From contig DASZBD010000025.1 in assembly GCA_035944475.1 (NCBI GenBank), positions 864-64,863 of the forward strand: a DNA stretch of 64,000 bases, in the 5' to 3' direction. Shown piece by piece: positions 62,189 to 64,000 of this stretch; position 1 is the first letter of the stretch, and every line of letters begins with the position of its first letter. The notes beneath the pieces were generated by a model that had not been told where the DNA came from, did not search any database, and saw only the letters and a list, made by a program, of their open reading frames with translations. Source of the DNA: Microvirga sp. (GTDB lineage Bacteria > Pseudomonadota > Alphaproteobacteria > Rhizobiales > Beijerinckiaceae). A program made the position numbers and the translations under genes.

Positions 62189-62581
62189 GCGAAACGGTCT
62201 AGGAGTGAGGCCTCAAACCCGGCAACTCCGCTGCAGAACCGCTGTGCTAGAGGGTATATTCAGAACCCCCTCCATACACCACACGCCCAAACACCTCCGC
62301 CGCCGCGATAGCGGCCGGCACGAACACCTCCCCACCGCTTCCACCTTACCTTCCTTACCTTCCGGACCTCCTTCGCCAACCACCACACTTCCTACCCTTC
62401 CCTACCAGCGCTCCACATCTCCTCAACCGACACCCCTGACCCGGCCAGCCAGTGCCCCCTCCCACCAGCCATGCATCCCAGCGCCCCACACTCTGCGTTT
62501 GTGGTGGTGTGAACATCTGCCCCTGCCCCCGTGAACCGCTCTCAGCCGCAACCCTGCGGCCCTGAGAGGATCACTTGGCGC

Positions 62582-63673
62582 ATGCGCCCCACCACACCAG
62601 CTCTTCCCAACACCCCCGACCTGCCCGCCCTCACCCAGGCACCGCTCATCCCGGAGTTCGTCCTGCGGGCGCACCACGCCCACTGGCCCGCCGACCACCG
62701 CTTTAAGGCCGCGGCCCGGCTTCTGCAGTCTTTGTGGCGGGCTGACCGCGGCCTTCCGGCGGGGGCCTTCCTCACCCCTGAGGGCCATCGCCGCCGCCTT
62801 GGCTCCCGCCTCACCTTCGTCTCCGCCCGGGCCGGGGCCAACTTCCTCACCCCTGCCATCGCCCATACGGTCTGGCGCGAGCTCGCCTACCGCGAGATCG
62901 GCGCCCTTTACGACACCGACCGGCTAAGGCTGAACCTGCTCTCGTCCCAGCCGCTGCTGTTCAACCTCTTTGCCCCGCTCAAAGCGGACCTCGCCCTCGC
63001 CACCCGGGTTGTCGCCGAGCTGCTCCCCGGGTTCATGGACGAGGTCACGGACGTGCTCTTCGAGCATGCGCCCGCCCGCGGGCACCCGGCCTTCACGGGC
63101 GATCACACGGCGTTTGATCTTCTCATCCGGGGCCGCACGCCAACGGGCCAGCGCGCCTTCATCGCGCTTGAGCTCAAGTACGCGGAGGGCATGACCGAGG
63201 CCGCCCGCCCGCTTCATCCCCGCTACGACGAGCTGGCGCCCATATCGGGCCTGTTCAACGACCCGGCTGACCCAGCGCTCAGGGCCAACCCGCTCCAGCA
63301 GCTCTTTCGCCAGCACTGCCTCGCGCAATGCATGGTGCTGCGGGACGTCGCTGAGGTGGGCACTTACGGGTTCGTCGCGCCACGGCTCAACCACCTCGCC
63401 CAAGGAGCGGCGACGGCCTACGCCACACGTCTTGACGAGCACAACCCGGCCCGGGTGCCCTTCGTCGCCCTCACCCTCGAGCGCCTGATCGAGGCGATCG
63501 CCGCCGCCGGCGAGCCGTCCCACGCGGCCGCCCTGCACCGGCGCTACACCGACTTCCACCAGGTCGACGGTGAGCTGGAGCTGGCCCTCGCCGAGCAGAC
63601 CCGGCCAGAGCCACACGGACGCGAGTGCGACGAGACCCCGGAAGGGGCTGAGGCAGCCCCGCCAGCGGCCTGA
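62582..63673 (+). CDS. PD-(D/E)XK nuclease, PGN_0703-like putative restriction endonuclease
   Basis: NLLSSQPLLFNLF, FEH.P, DHTAFD, LELKYAE, QQLFR; start uncertain (62531 or 62582). Confidence 0.72.
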   Translation: MRPTTPALPNTPDLPALTQAPLIPEFVLRAHHAHWPADHRFKAAARLLQSLWRADRGLPAGAFLTPEGHRRRLGSRLTFVSARAGANFLTPAIAHTVWRELAYREIGALYDTDRLRLNLLSSQPLLFNLFAPLKADLALATRVVAELLPGFMDEVTDVLFEHAPARGHPAFTGDHTAFDLLIRGRTPTGQRAFIALELKYAEGMTEAARPLHPRYDELAPISGLFNDPADPALRANPLQQLFRQHCLAQCMVLRDVAEVGTYGFVAPRLNHLAQGAATAYATRLDEHNPARVPFVALTLERLIEAIAAAGEPSHAAALHRRYTDFHQVDGELELALAEQTRPEPHGRECDETPEGAEAAPPAA

Positions 63674-63744
63674 CCGCCCACCACCCCCCTTCTCAACTCG
63701 CGCCCGCTGACCTGCTTCAGCGGGCCCTCTCTCCTGGTGCCTTC

Positions 63745-64000
63745 ATGTCCCCATGCCCGACCTCCACTGAAGCAACGTTGCCCTTCATCACCGATGCCGA
63801 ACGCGAGCGGCTCCTCAGCAACGGCCGGCGGGCCATTCACGAGCCGGCCTTCGACCCCCAGCCCGTCGTCAAGCTCTTCACCCCTGATGGGGCTGCCACC
63901 TGGCTCCTCACCGAGCTCGACCCAGATGACCCGGACCTCGCCTTCGGATTGTGCGATCTCGGTCTCGGGTACCCTGAGCTCGGACGCGTGTCGCTAGCCG
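63745..64000 (+). CDS. DUF2958-like protein (partial; not in the ORF track)
   Basis: My translation: ...LLSNGR...DPQPVVKLFTPDGAATWLLTELDPDDPDLAFGLCDLGLGYPELGRVSL; open to the window end. Confidence 0.85.
   Translation, partial: MSPCPTSTEATLPFITDAERERLLSNGRRAIHEPAFDPQPVVKLFTPDGAATWLLTELDPDDPDLAFGLCDLGLGYPELGRVSLA

Larger units (their letters stand above)
60502..64000. mobile_element. Left end of a tRNA-Leu-integrated genomic island (continues past the window)
   Basis: GC and codon usage change abruptly after the tRNA CCA; integrase is the first gene; mobile-element-type cargo follows. Confidence 0.85.

Noticed and set aside
63737-63997. 86-aa ORF from the track
   Set aside because: Wrong frame; the DUF2958-like protein is in the frame starting at 63745

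Overview
High-GC (roughly 70%) alphaproteobacterial chromosome segment. Gene order and proteins resemble Hyphomicrobiales, probably Methylobacteriaceae (Microvirga/Salinarimonas-like); this is an inference. Most of it is core genome: acs, EVE-gpsA-tsaD, hemC-hemD-mitofilin(COG4223)-hemY, tRNA-Thr(CGT), tsaB-rimI, nifU-like, deoB, yejA1A2BEF, cycM, kdsB-pheA, nudC, SRP RNA-dnaX-ybaB-recR, trpS, murJ, fabA-fabB-fabI with divergent irr, and tRNA-Leu(CAG). Six things stand out. (1) A lower-GC island starts right after tRNA-Leu, with a DUF6538-type tyrosine integrase, a strongly C-skewed non-coding stretch, a solitary PD-(D/E)XK nuclease and a DUF2958-like gene that runs off the window. (2) A three-gene trans-envelope signalling operon encodes a FecR-TPR-beta-barrel receptor, a CHASE2 adenylate cyclase and a second FecR-like protein; the receptor carries a low-GC patch. 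(3) A small-gene cluster includes an orphan NepR-like protein and an H1-like KTAS-repeat protein, with three sigma-EcfG-like promoter motifs. (4) Small genes sit inside core operons joined by stop/start overlaps, including a hidden frameshifted ORF between yejE and yejF. (5) Three families of dispersed palindromic REP/RIME-like elements occur. (6) Two perfect CtrA-type boxes are present. All family calls come from motif recognition by eye; no searches were run, and many start codons were re-chosen by inspection.
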